Of a stretch of 42,146 nucleotides of DNA, positions 41,592 through 42,146 are shown in pieces. A program made the position numbers and the translations under genes. This DNA is from an uncultured Oleiphilus sp. (GTDB lineage: Bacteria; Pseudomonadota; Gammaproteobacteria; Pseudomonadales; Oleiphilaceae), in contig CAXBKC010000001.1 in NCBI GenBank assembly GCA_963975615.1, positions 1 to 42,146 of the forward strand, read 5' to 3'. Every line of letters begins with the position of its first letter. Position 1 is the first letter of the stretch. The notes beneath the pieces were generated by a model. It saw nothing but the letters and a program-made list of their open reading frames with translations. It was not told the DNA's origin and did not search any database.

Positions 41592-42146
41592 CTACGCTTC
41601 TTTAACAAACAGGTAACCCTTACTGCGTACCGTTTTTATCCGACGAGGGTGAACCGGATCATCACCTATTTTTGGTCGAATTCGAGAAACCCGAACATCT
41701 ATTGATCTATCCTGACCGTCATACTCTATACCACGCAACGCAGTAAAAATGGCCTCCCTACTCAAAACACTGCCCGCATTGCTTGACAACAACCAAAGCA
41801 AATCAAACTCTGCACTCGTTAAATCGATACTTTCATCGTTTAACCAAGCTTCTCGCATAGAACTGTCTACAACAAGATTATTGAATGTCAAGCGCGTCGC
41901 ATTGATAGAGTTAGCCTCTTGAGAATTAGCATTCTCTGACTTTTCTAAATGCTCATTAACGCGTCGCAACAAGGCCCTTATTCTAGCTAGAAGAACACGA
42001 GGACGAACAGGCTTAGACATATAGTCATCAGCACCCATTTCAAGCCCCAAAACCTGATCAAGGTCATCAGTTCTAGCCGTCAGCATTAAGATCGGCCCAT
42101 TATAATGAGGGCGAACCTTACGGCAGATAGATAAACCATCCTCGCC
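41592..42146 (-). CDS. OmpR/PhoB-family response regulator (5' end outside window)
   Basis: The frame is open to the window edge (GEDGLSICRKVR...ILMLTAR...GADDYMSKP), which is the end of a REC domain. A winged-helix DNA-binding domain follows (LTFNNLVVD...LTSAEFDLLWLL...DRSIDVRVSRIRPK...IKTVRSKGYLF). Confidence 0.9.
   Translation of the reverse strand, partial: GEDGLSICRKVRPHYNGPILMLTARTDDLDQVLGLEMGADDYMSKPVRPRVLLARIRALLRRVNEHLEKSENANSQEANSINATRLTFNNLVVDSSMREAWLNDESIDLTSAEFDLLWLLSSNAGSVLSREAIFTALRGIEYDGQDRSIDVRVSRIRPKIGDDPVHPRRIKTVRSKGYLFVKEA

Noticed and set aside
1-42146. Window-wide look for CRISPR repeats, IS or transposase or integrase genes, tRNA or rRNA genes, long direct or inverted repeats, and phage or defence-type genes.
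   Set aside because: I found none by eye. Every large ORF is assignable to housekeeping, signalling or conserved-hypothetical classes. Short dispersed repeats cannot be excluded without a computational self-comparison.

Overview
I found no clearly novel multi-gene system in this window, and no CRISPR array, tRNA or rRNA gene, transposase, integrase or phage or defence gene by eye. It reads as an AT-rich gammaproteobacterial core-chromosome segment. Two housekeeping blocks have Pseudomonas-like synteny. The first is recJ / thrC-hom / dsbC / rplS-trmD-rimM-rpsP / ffh, divergent from ypjD-like and corB-like genes. The second is pyrF-lapB-lapA-ihfB-rpsA-cmk-(tyrA/aroA fusion)-hisC-pheA-gyrA. Between them lie grxD, argD-argF, an orphan ABC ATPase and an RhlA/PhaG-like alpha/beta hydrolase. 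Both flanks are rich in signalling genes: a hybrid histidine kinase, an EAL-HDOD gene, a membrane GGDEF cyclase, a REC-REC-degenerate-GGDEF regulator and a classical HK/OmpR pair. The most unusual observations are apparent lesions in otherwise conserved genes. (1) gyrA lacks about 57 codons in frame, covering the universally conserved LLVNG..GIAVGMATNIPPHN segment. (2) pheA starts inside the 3' end of gyrA, lacks the first ~20 codons of its chorismate mutase domain, and the serC usually found between the two genes is absent. (3) The EAL-HDOD gene is split by a frameshift near its 5' end. These could be real biology (decay, or redundancy with second copies) or assembly and consensus errors. Read-level checks would decide.
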